A stretch of 59,144 nt of DNA, filler included, from Nitrospirota bacterium (GTDB lineage Bacteria; UBA2233), in the NCBI GenBank assembly GCA_011620345.1. It is 7 parts of 7 records of this genome, joined end to end, with 100 filler letters (N's around TTAATTAATTAA, not from the genome) between each part and the next. Parts side by side here need not be neighbours in the genome. Positions count along the whole stretch, not along the records: positions 1 to 29,615 come from WOZJ01000022.1; 6 more parts are not named here. One strand, 5' to 3'. Positions 1 through 9,383 of the stretch are shown piece by piece. The translations under genes and the position numbers were made by a program. The first letter of the stretch is position 1. Every line of letters starts with the position of its first letter. The notes beneath the pieces were generated by a model. The model searched no databases, was not told the DNA's origin, and worked only from the letters and a program-made list of their open reading frames with translations.

Positions 1-300
1 AAAAATAGCCAAAGCTGCCGAGTCCAATCACGCAATACTGCCCCATTACCCCACCCTTCCTACAAACATGGCTACTATTATTATACCCTTTGCTAAAGGA
101 TGGAGCCACCGCGTGATCTCGAGCGAGAACTGGGCGGTACCAACCGCCGAAACCAGATCGAATAAGTACGCGACGGACAGGCCAAGATGGCCCAAAGAAG
201 CATGCCCCCAAGAACACCCGCGCCACGATGCATACAGCAAAGACTCTCTTTAGGGTAAGGCTTGGAATGGCCAGGCGAAAGAGCGTGAAGGGGGCCTTCT
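1..300 (-). pseudogene. TrkH/KtrB potassium uptake permease C-terminal remnant
   Basis: The minus strand gives 'FTLFRLAIPSLTLKRVFAVCIV...' and then, after a frameshift, 'LFDLVSAVGTAQFSLEITRWLHPLAKGIIIVAMFVGRVG*'. This matches the KtrB/TrkH C-terminal pattern FEVVSAFGTVGLSxGIT...MFxGRVG. There is a stop directly after GRVG and no N-terminal part before lptF. Confidence 0.65.
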
Positions 301-360
301 TGATGGGTGGAACGCAAAATGGGTAAGCTTAAAAGACCTCCCCCCTGTTTAAACATTAGG

Positions 361-1542
361 ATGCCAACATTGAAGACGCTCTACGGCTACATCGCGCGAA
401 AAATTGTCCTCACGTTCATCGTTTTCTTTGCGATACTGACGCTGTGCATCCTGTCGGGTTACGCCATCCGCATTACCGAGCTCGTCGTCGAGAACGGGTT
501 TTCTCTCGCTTCCGTGCTAAAGATGCTCGCTTTTCTTGTCCCTACATTCCTTGCGCTAAGCATGCCCATCGCGCTTTTGATGAGCACGGCCTACGCGTTC
601 ATGGATTTCAAGACGACCAAAGAAGCCTATGCCATGGCATCGCACGGCGTTTCACCAAAAAGGCTCTACATCCCAGTCGGAATCCTCGGAATTATCGGAA
701 TTATCGCATGCGCGTGGACCAACGGCTGGCTTATGCCCTTAAGCCAGCTTCGCATGGAACATTATGCGTTTTCGTTGGCGTCCCAAAAGGTCACGCTCGG
801 CATCAAAGAGGCGACTTTCATCAAACTCTTCCCCAACTTTACCATCTACATCACTCGGCTCTCCCCCGCAAGGGAGCGCTTTGAGGGCGTATACATTCAT
901 TCTGTCCAGCAGGGCAAGCCCTTCCACATCTTCGCCAAACGAGGAATCATTCTTTCTAACCCCAAGAAGGCAACGCTTACACTTAGGCTGCTCGATGGAA
1001 CAATCCAGTATGCCTACGGGGAGAGCATCAGGCAGGAGGGGTCGCGCTTCGGCATACAAGACATCGACCTCAAGGCACTCGCCTCGCTCAAGTCGCCTTT
1101 GGCCAGCAAGACCGACAAGCGTACGGCTACGATAACCGAGCTCCTTTGGCCAGCATATACGGATTCCAAGGACGGGGGGCTGGCTGTTAGGGTCGAGCTG
1201 AACAAACGCTTGGCTATGTCACTTTCTCCCTTGCTTGTAGCACTGTTTGGGGCATATTTGGGGCTCCTCCAACCCCCTAGGCCGAGATGGGTTAGCCTGA
1301 TTTTCGCAAGCCTCGTTGTTTTGTTCAACTATATGGGGCTTACGCTCGGAGAGTCCCTAGCCTTGCGACAGGTTTTGCCCGCATGGGTAGGGCTCGAAAT
1401 GGTAAATGGTCTTTTGTTTGTAGGATGGCTTACGGGCCTTCTTCGTAATGAAGGCCATTTTCTTCGAATCGAACCCTTCTGGAACGAACGGGGTTCTAGG
1501 TTTCGTAGGTCATCGCTGAAAGCTCGGGAGAAAAGCGCATGA
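361..1542 (+). CDS. lptF: LPS export ABC transporter permease LptF (YjgP/YjgQ family)
   Basis: Three N-terminal TM helices, periplasmic domain, 'ELNKRLAMSLSP', and three C-terminal TMs. Overlaps the paralog lptG by 4 nt. Start chosen at ATG 361. Confidence 0.85.
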   Translation: MPTLKTLYGYIARKIVLTFIVFFAILTLCILSGYAIRITELVVENGFSLASVLKMLAFLVPTFLALSMPIALLMSTAYAFMDFKTTKEAYAMASHGVSPKRLYIPVGILGIIGIIACAWTNGWLMPLSQLRMEHYAFSLASQKVTLGIKEATFIKLFPNFTIYITRLSPARERFEGVYIHSVQQGKPFHIFAKRGIILSNPKKATLTLRLLDGTIQYAYGESIRQEGSRFGIQDIDLKALASLKSPLASKTDKRTATITELLWPAYTDSKDGGLAVRVELNKRLAMSLSPLLVALFGAYLGLLQPPRPRWVSLIFASLVVLFNYMGLTLGESLALRQVLPAWVGLEMVNGLLFVGWLTGLLRNEGHFLRIEPFWNERGSRFRRSSLKAREKSA

Positions 1543-2612
1543 GGGTCGTTGATCGCTACTTCTTCAAAGAGTACCTGAAGCTTCTTGTCGTCACCGAGCT
1601 CGCAAGCGTAAGCATCTACCTGCTTGTAGATACACTCTCCAGAGTCGGGAATTTTCAGGGCATTCAGGGTGGAAGCATGCTGGCGTTGGAGTATTTTCTA
1701 TACAAACTTCCTCTAATGGCATCGCAAACCCTCCCCTTGAGCTCTCTTTTGGCCGCCCTTGGCGTTTCAGGCCAATTGGTTCGTCATAATGAGATTCTGG
1801 CCCTAGAGACGGCTGGCGTATCCCCTAGACGCCTCCTGATTCCTTTCTTAATGGGAGGTCTACTTATGACGCTTGCGTTGTTTGTCCTCTCTGAAGCGCT
1901 CATCCCTATTAGCTACGGCAAGGCAGGCCTCCTAAAGCAAGAGCTCAAGGTCAAGAAGGGAAAGACCATGCTGAAGGAAGGTTTTGTGTTCAAGCCTTCC
2001 AAAGATTCCTTCTGCTTTGCCAACCTGTTTGACGTAAGGAAGGCCATTCTTTATGGCGTTACACTGGTTAAGCTCGATAAAGACTTTAACCTAAAACAAC
2101 GCATCGATGCCGATCGCGTACTGTACACCAAAAAAGGCTGGATTGCCAAGAATGCTATGCGGACTGCTTTCGAGGCCACAGCGCTCTTCGGCAAAAAAGA
2201 AATATTGCCAAAGATAGCGCTTCCGATCCCTTTCGAGCCTAGAGAGCTAACTGACCAAAGCTTGGAACCCGAAGAGATGAACGTGCTTCGGTTAAAACGA
2301 TATATCCAAGACCAGCGGCAGCTTGGGAGAGACCCCGCCAGCTTGGAGATGGATTTTCATCTAAGGTTGGCGTTGCCCCTGGCCTGCCCTATCCTCATCC
2401 TTGTCGCCTTTCCAGTGGCGACGCGGTCCGCTAGGCCCTCCTTTGCGGGAACGCTTGCCTTTAGCCTTCCTTTGGGGTTCGGATACTGGTTACTGACATC
2501 GTTCGCCAGCTCTATGGGCCAAGCACACATCCTACCCATGGGCCTTGCTGCTTGGATTAGCAACCTCTTGTTCTTGGGGGCCGGGCTAGCGCTGGTTTTA
2601 AGGCGCACATAG
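1539..2612 (+). CDS. lptG: LPS export ABC transporter permease LptG
   Basis: 'MRVVDRY', 'RHNEILAL..AGVS..R', 'PEEMN..L..YI', 'AAWISNLLF' are YjgP/YjgQ motifs. Confidence 0.88.
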   Translation: MRVVDRYFFKEYLKLLVVTELASVSIYLLVDTLSRVGNFQGIQGGSMLALEYFLYKLPLMASQTLPLSSLLAALGVSGQLVRHNEILALETAGVSPRRLLIPFLMGGLLMTLALFVLSEALIPISYGKAGLLKQELKVKKGKTMLKEGFVFKPSKDSFCFANLFDVRKAILYGVTLVKLDKDFNLKQRIDADRVLYTKKGWIAKNAMRTAFEATALFGKKEILPKIALPIPFEPRELTDQSLEPEEMNVLRLKRYIQDQRQLGRDPASLEMDFHLRLALPLACPILILVAFPVATRSARPSFAGTLAFSLPLGFGYWLLTSFASSMGQAHILPMGLAAWISNLLFLGAGLALVLRRT

Positions 2613-2640
2613 TCGCTCCAAAATACTCGGGAGGAAAGAG

Positions 2641-3030
2641 GTGAACTTTCGTGTGTTCGTTTCCAAACCCATCCCAAAGGCATGGCTCGAGCCGCTTGTT
2701 GCATCGCTAAAAATCGACTTGAGTATACATGAAAGTACCGAGAGCCTTTCTCGAGAGGCGTAGGAGCTGGCTCTCGGGATAATCGACGAGCAGGCCCTAA
2801 TCGAGGCGCTCAACGTAAGAAAGATGCCGGGGTAGGCCTAGATGTTTACGAGCACGAACCTTTCATCCCCGAGGCGCTAAAAAACCTAAAAAAGTCGTCC
2901 TTACGCCCCACATCGGCTCCGCAGCTTTCGAGGCGCGCAGGCGTATGTGGCTTTTGGCAAGCCAAAACATTCTGGACGTCCTCCAAGGAGAGATTCCGGC
3001 ATTCTGCGTGAACCATGCCGCGCTCTCGCT
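2641..3030 (+). pseudogene. Glyoxylate reductase / D-glycerate dehydrogenase (D-2-hydroxyacid dehydrogenase) pseudogene
   Basis: GTG 2641 'NFRVFVSKPIPKAWLEPL...LSREA*', then 'GIIDEQALIEAL', a frameshift to 'AGVGLDVYEHEPFIPEALKNL', and a frameshift to 'VVLTPHIGSAAFEARRRM...NILDVLQGEIPAFCVN'. The central ~190 aa, including the Rossmann fold, is absent. Confidence 0.85.
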
Positions 3031-3035
3031 TAGGC

Positions 3036-4367
3036 TTACGTCCCTTGCTGCCAGTCGGCCAAGTAGCGTTGCTGGGCCTGGGTAAGGGAATCAATCCGAA
3101 CGCCCATCGAGCCAAGCTTCAACGTCGCGATGGATGCATCTAACGCCTCTGGTAAGGGATACACTTCTTGGCTAAGGCGGCCTCTCTCTTTTTTGAGCGT
3201 TTCCACGGCCAGGGCCTGGCCTGCAAAGCTCATGTCCATTACTTCCGCAGGATGGCCCTCGGCGCATGCAAGGTTGGCCAGCCTTCCGTCTGCGAGCACG
3301 AAGATAGTGTTTGCGTTTTCAAGGGTATAGCCCTTAATGAGCGGTTTGACTTGCTTGACTTCTTTTGCTAGCTCCTCGAGGGCCTCAATATCGATCTCGA
3401 CGTCGAAATGTCCAGCGTTGGCAAGGATGGCCCCGCTCTTCATCCGAAGGAAGTGCTCCTTGCGGATTACGTCGCGATCACCCGTAACCGTTACGAAAAT
3501 ATCGCCGATGCTTGCGGCCTCTTCCATGGGGCATACGACAAAACCATCCATCACGGCCTCAATCGCACGGACAGGGTCAACCTCCGTAATGATTACCTGG
3601 GAGCCCATGCCTTTGGCCCGCATCGCCACGCCTTTACCGCAATATCCGTACCCGCATACAACGAAACGCTTTCCTGCAAGTAGCTCGTTTGTCGCCCGCA
3701 GGATTCCGTCGATCGTACTTTGGCCCGTTCCGTAGCGGTTGTCGAACAAATGCTTCGTTTTGGCCTCGTTCACGGCGATTACCGGGAACGGGAGCACCTT
3801 AGAGGCAGCCATCGCCTTTAGCCGAACGACGCCCGTCGTCGTCTCCTCCGTTCCGCCCAAAAACCCCGCCTTCAGCCTAGCGATCCCATCTTTGCCAAAG
3901 TGCTCCTTCAAGGACTGCAACGCGGGGGGCAAGCGATCCCAAAAGCCTTGGAACAGCATCACGAGGGCGCTCGTCAAGTCCGCTCCGTCGTCCACAGTAA
4001 CGTGCGGCTCAAAGGCGATGGCCCTTCGAATATGCTCGTAGTATCGATCGGCACTCTCGCCCTTGACGGCGAACACGCCAATGCCGGAATCGGCCACAAG
4101 GCTTGCCGCCACGTCGTCTTGCGTGCTCAAAGGGTTCGACGCGCAGGCGATAACCTCGGCCCCCCCCGCCTTCAACGCCTTAAGGAGGTTTGCCGTCTCG
4201 CTCGTAATATGCAAGCAACAAGCTACCCTTAGTCCATCGAGCGTCCTTTCTTTGGCGTAGCGCTCGGCAATCGTTCGAACGACTGGCATCTTACGGCCAG
4301 CCCACGAAATCCGTTCGCCTCCCCTAGAATGAAACGATAGGTCTGTCACGTCATGGGCAACGCCCAT
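3036..4367 (-). CDS. ahcY: Adenosylhomocysteinase
   Basis: Motifs CLHITSETA, SNPLSTQD, DDGADL, EETTTG, TKHLFDNRYGTGQS, GYGYCGKG, NAGHFDVEID, GHPAEVMDMSF. Confidence 0.97.
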   Translation of the reverse strand: MGVAHDVTDLSFHSRGGERISWAGRKMPVVRTIAERYAKERTLDGLRVACCLHITSETANLLKALKAGGAEVIACASNPLSTQDDVAASLVADSGIGVFAVKGESADRYYEHIRRAIAFEPHVTVDDGADLTSALVMLFQGFWDRLPPALQSLKEHFGKDGIARLKAGFLGGTEETTTGVVRLKAMAASKVLPFPVIAVNEAKTKHLFDNRYGTGQSTIDGILRATNELLAGKRFVVCGYGYCGKGVAMRAKGMGSQVIITEVDPVRAIEAVMDGFVVCPMEEAASIGDIFVTVTGDRDVIRKEHFLRMKSGAILANAGHFDVEIDIEALEELAKEVKQVKPLIKGYTLENANTIFVLADGRLANLACAEGHPAEVMDMSFAGQALAVETLKKERGRLSQEVYPLPEALDASIATLKLGSMGVRIDSLTQAQQRYLADWQQGT

Positions 4368-4417
4368 AAAAACTCCTTTCGAACTATGAATAATTCGCCG
4401 GATTTGCGGTTTATTGC

Positions 4418-5242
4418 CTACTTTTCAGAAGGAATTTGGATCATTGGAACCAGGTCCTTGCTGAAAGGCATGATGAGCACGGTGTTGTTCGGTGAGTCGA
4501 TCAGCGCATGGAGCGCATCGATGTACTTCCACTGGAGGTAGCGGGGGTTAAGCGACCCTCCTATTATTTCCTGCGAAGCAGCAATTCCTTTGGCTTCGAG
4601 CTGTTTTCTTTCGGCCTCCTGGGATTCTTTTTGGAGAACGTAGCGCATCCGCTCGGCTTCCTGCATTGACTGGATTTTGGCCTCGATCGACTTGACGACG
4701 TTCTCAGGAAGCGCGATGTCCCGAATTAGAATCTCTCTGACCTCCACGCCCTCCTGGGCAACCTTATCGCGCACTCGTTCGTCCAAGGCCCGCTGAAACT
4801 CGCCGCGCTTTTGGTAGATGGCCGAGGCATCGAAAAGCGTGCCCACATCTCTCGCGATCGAGCGAACCAAGGGGACCACGAGCCTCTCGTCCCACACCTT
4901 CCCGTACTTAACGTACACTTCAGCCGCCTGGGTATCTTTGAGCTGATAGAGGACGGTCAGCTCAATCGTGACCTTCAGCCCGTCGTTGGTCAGCGCAGAT
5001 ATGATGTTCGCGCCGGTAAAGTCCGCACGCCTCACGCGGACCTCTAGCCTGTCAATGCTCGTTACGCCAGGAAGGAAGAAGTGCAACCCGGGATTAAGCT
5101 CTTTCGTATCCACCTTGCCGAGCGTTTTTTTGATTCCGACCTCCCCGCTTGGAACGGTCGTACAACCAAAGAACGAAAAAAGCATACTGAAAGCAAAGGC
5201 CCCAGCCGCAAGCTTACCAAGCCATTTCATGAGTGCATCCAC
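4418..5242 (-). CDS. SPFH/band 7/prohibitin family membrane protein
   Basis: N-terminal TM, 'VPSGEVGI', 'PGLHF', 'ILIRDIALP', and a C-terminal coiled coil 'QEAERKQLEAKGIA'. Confidence 0.9.
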   Translation of the reverse strand: MDALMKWLGKLAAGAFAFSMLFSFFGCTTVPSGEVGIKKTLGKVDTKELNPGLHFFLPGVTSIDRLEVRVRRADFTGANIISALTNDGLKVTIELTVLYQLKDTQAAEVYVKYGKVWDERLVVPLVRSIARDVGTLFDASAIYQKRGEFQRALDERVRDKVAQEGVEVREILIRDIALPENVVKSIEAKIQSMQEAERMRYVLQKESQEAERKQLEAKGIAASQEIIGGSLNPRYLQWKYIDALHALIDSPNNTVLIMPFSKDLVPMIQIPSEK

Positions 5243-5244
5243 TA

Positions 5245-5925
5245 CTACTTCACCCCTTCTTTTGGGACGATCACGATCTCGACCCGGCGATTCATCGCAC
5301 GGCCCTCCGGCGTGGCGTTGCTCGCAATCGACTGGCTTGAGCCAAAGCCCTGGATCACCATCCTGGAGCGGTCCACGCCGTTTGATGCGAGCAAGCTCGC
5401 GACAGACTCGGCCCGCCTTTCGGAAAGCGTTTGGTTGAAGGCCTCGGAGCCCGTCGAATCGGTATGCCCATGGATTCTTACGACTGTCTCAGGATACTTG
5501 TTCAGGATTTGCGCGATGTCGGCAATCGTAGCGTAGGCCCCAGGCTTTACCTCTGCCGAGCCTGTATCGAACACAAGCTGGTCTTTGACGCGCACCACGA
5601 GGTTCTGGCCTTGCTCTTCGACCTTGATTTGGTCGCTCTTTGCCTCTACGCGCTTCAGTTCTTCTTTTTGCTTGCCCATGTAATGGCCGAGCACCCCCCC
5701 GATTACGGCACCCGTACCGGCGCCCACGGCCGCACCCGTACCGGCATGCCCCCCTAGGCTGCCGAGCGCCGCACCCGTACCGGCGCCTAGAACCCCTCCA
5801 AGGCCTGCACCCTTACCCTCCGAAGAGGTCGCGGTTCTCTTGATCGTTTCGCACCCTGAAAGCCCAACGCACAGGCAGAACACGCAAGCGGCTGCCAACT
5901 TACCCTGAAAAGCACGTCCAATCAT
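5245..5925 (-). CDS. OmpA-family lipoprotein with glycine zipper (YiaD-like)
   Basis: Lipobox LSGC, Gly-zipper GAGLGGVLGAGTGA, and OmpA_C motifs GHTDSTG, NQTLSERRA, NRRVEI. GGAGG lies upstream of ATG 5925. Confidence 0.92.
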   Translation of the reverse strand: MIGRAFQGKLAAACVFCLCVGLSGCETIKRTATSSEGKGAGLGGVLGAGTGAALGSLGGHAGTGAAVGAGTGAVIGGVLGHYMGKQKEELKRVEAKSDQIKVEEQGQNLVVRVKDQLVFDTGSAEVKPGAYATIADIAQILNKYPETVVRIHGHTDSTGSEAFNQTLSERRAESVASLLASNGVDRSRMVIQGFGSSQSIASNATPEGRAMNRRVEIVIVPKEGVK

Positions 5926-6065
5926 CTCGTTTCCTCCCTCTATGGCATCCAATGTCCGCTGTGTGACAAAATGTATACCTTAACATTCCGCCATGGTATG
6001 CTAACGTTCTAAGGTTTATGCTAGCACGAGCTAAGATAGGGGTCAACGAAAGGAGGAAAAAGCCT

Positions 6066-7421
6066 GTGCTGATCGAGAAAGGGGCGGACAAAATCATCAA
6101 GGTGTTGCGTGTACTCATCCCCGATAGGCCCGGCTCACTCGGACGCATTTTGTGCACGATAGGCGAACAGGGCGCCCATATTGGGGACATTTTACGGGTT
6201 CGTTTCGGGATTACGCACAACGTCAGGGACATAGAGGTGTACCTCGAGTCTGAAGATCACCTCGAACGAGTGCTTGCCGCAATCGGCACGCTCGAGGGCG
6301 TGATTATCGAAGAGATGTACGACCCGGTGCTTTCCATGCATAAGGGCGGCAAGATCAAGGTGATGAGCAAGATCGTCGTGGACGGCATCGCCAACCTGCG
6401 CAAGGTGTATACCCCTGGCGTGGCCAAAGTATGCAGAGAAATTGCCAGGGAACCGGACAACTTCGAGATCTACACGTGGACTCAGAACACCGTCGCAATC
6501 GTAACGAATGGTACGGCCGTCCTTGGGCTTGGCGACATCGGAGTTCGGGCCTCGTTACCGGTAATGGAGGGAAAAGCCGTCCTCTTGGAGCAGCTCGTGG
6601 GATTAAGCGGTATCCCCATCCTTATTCCTCACAAGGATCCGGATACGTTCGTAAACGCCGTCCTTGCCATCCACGAAAGCTTCGGGGCCATCAACCTTGA
6701 AGACATCGCGGCCCCTGCTTGTTTTGAGATCGAGGACAGGCTGATCGCTTCCGGCATTGAAAAGCCCGTAATGCACGACGACCAGCACGGGACGGGAGTC
6801 GTCGTTTTGGCAAGCCTTTTGAACGCGAGCAAGTACGCGGGCGTCTCGCTAAAGAACGAAACGATCGGGCTGATCGGACTCGGTGCGGCCGGGATGGGGA
6901 TCGCCAAGCTCTTGCATGCCTACGGCGTCAAGCGAATCATCGGATGCGACCTCTCTTCGCAGGCAATGGAGCTGTTCGAAAGGACCATTCAAGGTTCGAC
7001 GGCCAACCTCGAGGAGCTCATGCGCTCGGCCAAGATCATCATCTCAACGACAGGTCAGAAGGGGTTGATCAAGCCGGGGATGGTCCAGCCCGGTCAGGTC
7101 ATCCTGGCGCTGTCAAACCCCGACCCTGAAATCCGCCCCGAAGATGCGACGTCTGCTGGCGCAAGGTTTGCCGCAGACGGAAGGAGCGTAAACAACGCGG
7201 TAGCCTATCCGGCAATCTACAAAGGGGCACTCGCGGCGAGGGCTAGACGAATCGGAAACAGGATGAAGATCGAGGCCGCCAAGACGATCGCATCGTTCGC
7301 CGAGGAGGGCGAAATCCTCCCCTCCGTCCTCAACAAGGCCATGCACGAAGCGACCGCCAAGACGATCGAGCGAACGGCCTACGAATCCGGGCTTGCAAGG
7401 GTCATCAAAGAAGAGGGCTAG
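6066..7421 (+). CDS. NAD(P)-dependent malic enzyme with N-terminal ACT domain
   Basis: ACT 'DRPGSLG', then YTPGVA, TNGTAVLGLGDIG, PVMEGKA, INLEDI, HDDQHGT, GLGAAG, ALSNPDPEI. AGGAGG lies before GTG 6066. Confidence 0.93.
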   Translation: MLIEKGADKIIKVLRVLIPDRPGSLGRILCTIGEQGAHIGDILRVRFGITHNVRDIEVYLESEDHLERVLAAIGTLEGVIIEEMYDPVLSMHKGGKIKVMSKIVVDGIANLRKVYTPGVAKVCREIAREPDNFEIYTWTQNTVAIVTNGTAVLGLGDIGVRASLPVMEGKAVLLEQLVGLSGIPILIPHKDPDTFVNAVLAIHESFGAINLEDIAAPACFEIEDRLIASGIEKPVMHDDQHGTGVVVLASLLNASKYAGVSLKNETIGLIGLGAAGMGIAKLLHAYGVKRIIGCDLSSQAMELFERTIQGSTANLEELMRSAKIIISTTGQKGLIKPGMVQPGQVILALSNPDPEIRPEDATSAGARFAADGRSVNNAVAYPAIYKGALAARARRIGNRMKIEAAKTIASFAEEGEILPSVLNKAMHEATAKTIERTAYESGLARVIKEEG

Positions 7422-8296
7422 AGGTTCTTTAGCCGTTCCCTCAAGAACTCGATCAAGGGTTCGCCGATATCGGGCCGTTTGATAGCGTAGGCAAAAACAG
7501 CCTTCACGAACTCAAGCCTGTTGCCCGCGTCAAACCGCTCGCCCTCGATCAGGCAGCCTACTAGCCCGTTGGTGCGCGCTTCGATCTCAAGGGCGTCGGT
7601 AAGCTGAATTTCGCCGGTTGAACCGTGGGGCTCGAGATCTTTGAGGGCATGCATGACGCTTTGGTTTAGGACATACCGGCCGACGATGGCCAGATTCGAG
7701 GGCGCCTTCTCTGCAGACGGCTTTTCGACGACGCCTTTGATCTCTACGGCCGTCCCTTCACGGTTCCTTACGGAAACAATGCCAAATTTGTGGATATCCT
7801 CTCTCGGAACTTCCTTGAGCGCGACCACACTCTTGCCGGTACGTTTGTGAACCTCGATCAACTGCCCGATGGCGGACTTTTTTGCATCGACAAGGTCGTC
7901 GCCGAGGATCACGGCAAACGGCCCTTCCCCGACGACATGCCGGGCACAATACACGGCATGGCCAAGCCCTAAGGGCTTTTTCTGCCGGACGGCGATTGTC
8001 TCAACAAGGCCCGCGATACGTTGCACTTGCTCCAGAAGGTCTTTTTTGCCCTTGGAGCCTAGCTCGAACTCGAGCTCCGGGGCGTAGTCAAAGTAATCCT
8101 CGAGCGCGCTTTTGCCCCTGGCCGTGATGAACACAACCGACTGAATCCCGGCCTGGAGAGCCTCTTCGACGATCAAATGGATGACCGGCGTATCCACGAC
8201 CGGCAAGAGTTCTTTTGGGACGGCCTTGGTAAAGGGTAAGAAGCGGGTTCCCAGCCCTGCGCACGGGATAATGGCTTTCATGGTTCCCCTCGCCAT
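7418..8296 (-). CDS. galU: UTP--glucose-1-phosphate uridylyltransferase
   Basis: AGLGTRFLPFTKAVPKELLP, RQKKPLGLGHAV, VEKP, GEIQLTDA. Confidence 0.97.
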   Translation of the reverse strand: MARGTMKAIIPCAGLGTRFLPFTKAVPKELLPVVDTPVIHLIVEEALQAGIQSVVFITARGKSALEDYFDYAPELEFELGSKGKKDLLEQVQRIAGLVETIAVRQKKPLGLGHAVYCARHVVGEGPFAVILGDDLVDAKKSAIGQLIEVHKRTGKSVVALKEVPREDIHKFGIVSVRNREGTAVEIKGVVEKPSAEKAPSNLAIVGRYVLNQSVMHALKDLEPHGSTGEIQLTDALEIEARTNGLVGCLIEGERFDAGNRLEFVKAVFAYAIKRPDIGEPLIEFLRERLKNL

Positions 8297-8420
8297 AACT
8301 TAGAATGTTACGTAGCACCTCTTCATAAAGTACGTGTTCTTTATGGCGTAGCGCAACCCTTGCCCTTTTCAAGCCAGGAAGGATTGCGTATCGTAAGATA
8401 AAGAAAAAATCGAAACGGAC

Positions 8421-9383
8421 TTGAAAAAAATTATGGAACTTCTTTCGACACGGCTCGCCAAAAAGCTCGTCAGCGCCAAACAGGGCGATCCAGAAGCGCT
8501 GAGCCGTATCGCTGCCATCACGACCATTGTCGTAAATCTTGTTTTGTTCATAGCAAAGCTCTTTACGGGGATTGCCATCGCCAGTATGGCGCTAGTTGCG
8601 GACAGCCTGGATTCACTGTTCGACGTCCTTATCGCGGGTGTTATGTGGTTCGGCTTCCGGGTTGCCTTCAAGCCTGCGGATTCAGAACACCCTTTCGGCC
8701 ATGGCCGGTTCGAGCATGTGGCCACGCTTATCCTGGCAATGTTCCTTACCTTGACGGGCATCTCGATCGCTTATGCGAGCATTCAAAGGTTGAGCGGGGA
8801 ACCAAAAATCCAGCTTGCGGACTGGGCCTTGTTCGTTATCGTCATAAACGTTCTACTAAAGTTCTTTCTCGTTCGGTTCTCTATGAGGCTTAACCTTGAA
8901 ATCGAAAGTGGCACCATCGAGGCAAACGTATGGAACCTGTTCGGAGACGTATTGTCCTCTTTGGTCGTGCTCGTTTCCCTTCTGGTTTACCGCTTTACGG
9001 GCTTTCCTCACTTGGACGCCTGCGCAAGCCTCTTTATCTCCGCCATGATTTTGAGTGTTGCCGTGAAGTTCTTCAAGGAAGCCTCTTCTACCCTAATGGG
9101 AAAGGCTGTCCATACAGAAGACGCCGAACGTATCCAAAGAATCGCGGAAGGCATCGAAGGGGTGAAGGGCGTACATGGGATTGCATGGCACAGCTACGGT
9201 AGGAAGCACGTCGTATCGATGCACTTGGAGATCGATAAGAACCTTACGGTTGGGAAAGCTCACAGGATCACCCAGGAGGTTGAACGCAGCATCCTGGGCA
9301 CGCAGCGCCACATTCAAAGCCTCGTTATCCACGTGGACCCTGCCACGGAAGGAGGTTGCTCTAAAGGTACCGCCTCCTCCTGA
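8421..9383 (+). CDS. Cation diffusion facilitator (FieF/YiiP-like) metal exporter
   Basis: Six TMs, KPADSEHPFGHGRFE, and C-terminal ZT dimer domain 'AHRIT..VE...LVIHVDP'. Confidence 0.93.
   Translation: MKKIMELLSTRLAKKLVSAKQGDPEALSRIAAITTIVVNLVLFIAKLFTGIAIASMALVADSLDSLFDVLIAGVMWFGFRVAFKPADSEHPFGHGRFEHVATLILAMFLTLTGISIAYASIQRLSGEPKIQLADWALFVIVINVLLKFFLVRFSMRLNLEIESGTIEANVWNLFGDVLSSLVVLVSLLVYRFTGFPHLDACASLFISAMILSVAVKFFKEASSTLMGKAVHTEDAERIQRIAEGIEGVKGVHGIAWHSYGRKHVVSMHLEIDKNLTVGKAHRITQEVERSILGTQRHIQSLVIHVDPATEGGCSKGTASS

Noticed and set aside
5700-5810. Repeated GCACCCGTACCGGC units
   Set aside because: They simply encode the GAGTGA glycine zipper of the OmpA protein.
9314-9383. 70-nt convergent overlap of CDF and kinase 3' ends (also murJ/regulator, 18 nt)
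   Set aside because: The overlapping tails look non-conserved, which fits stop-codon drift in a compact genome. There is no evidence of function.
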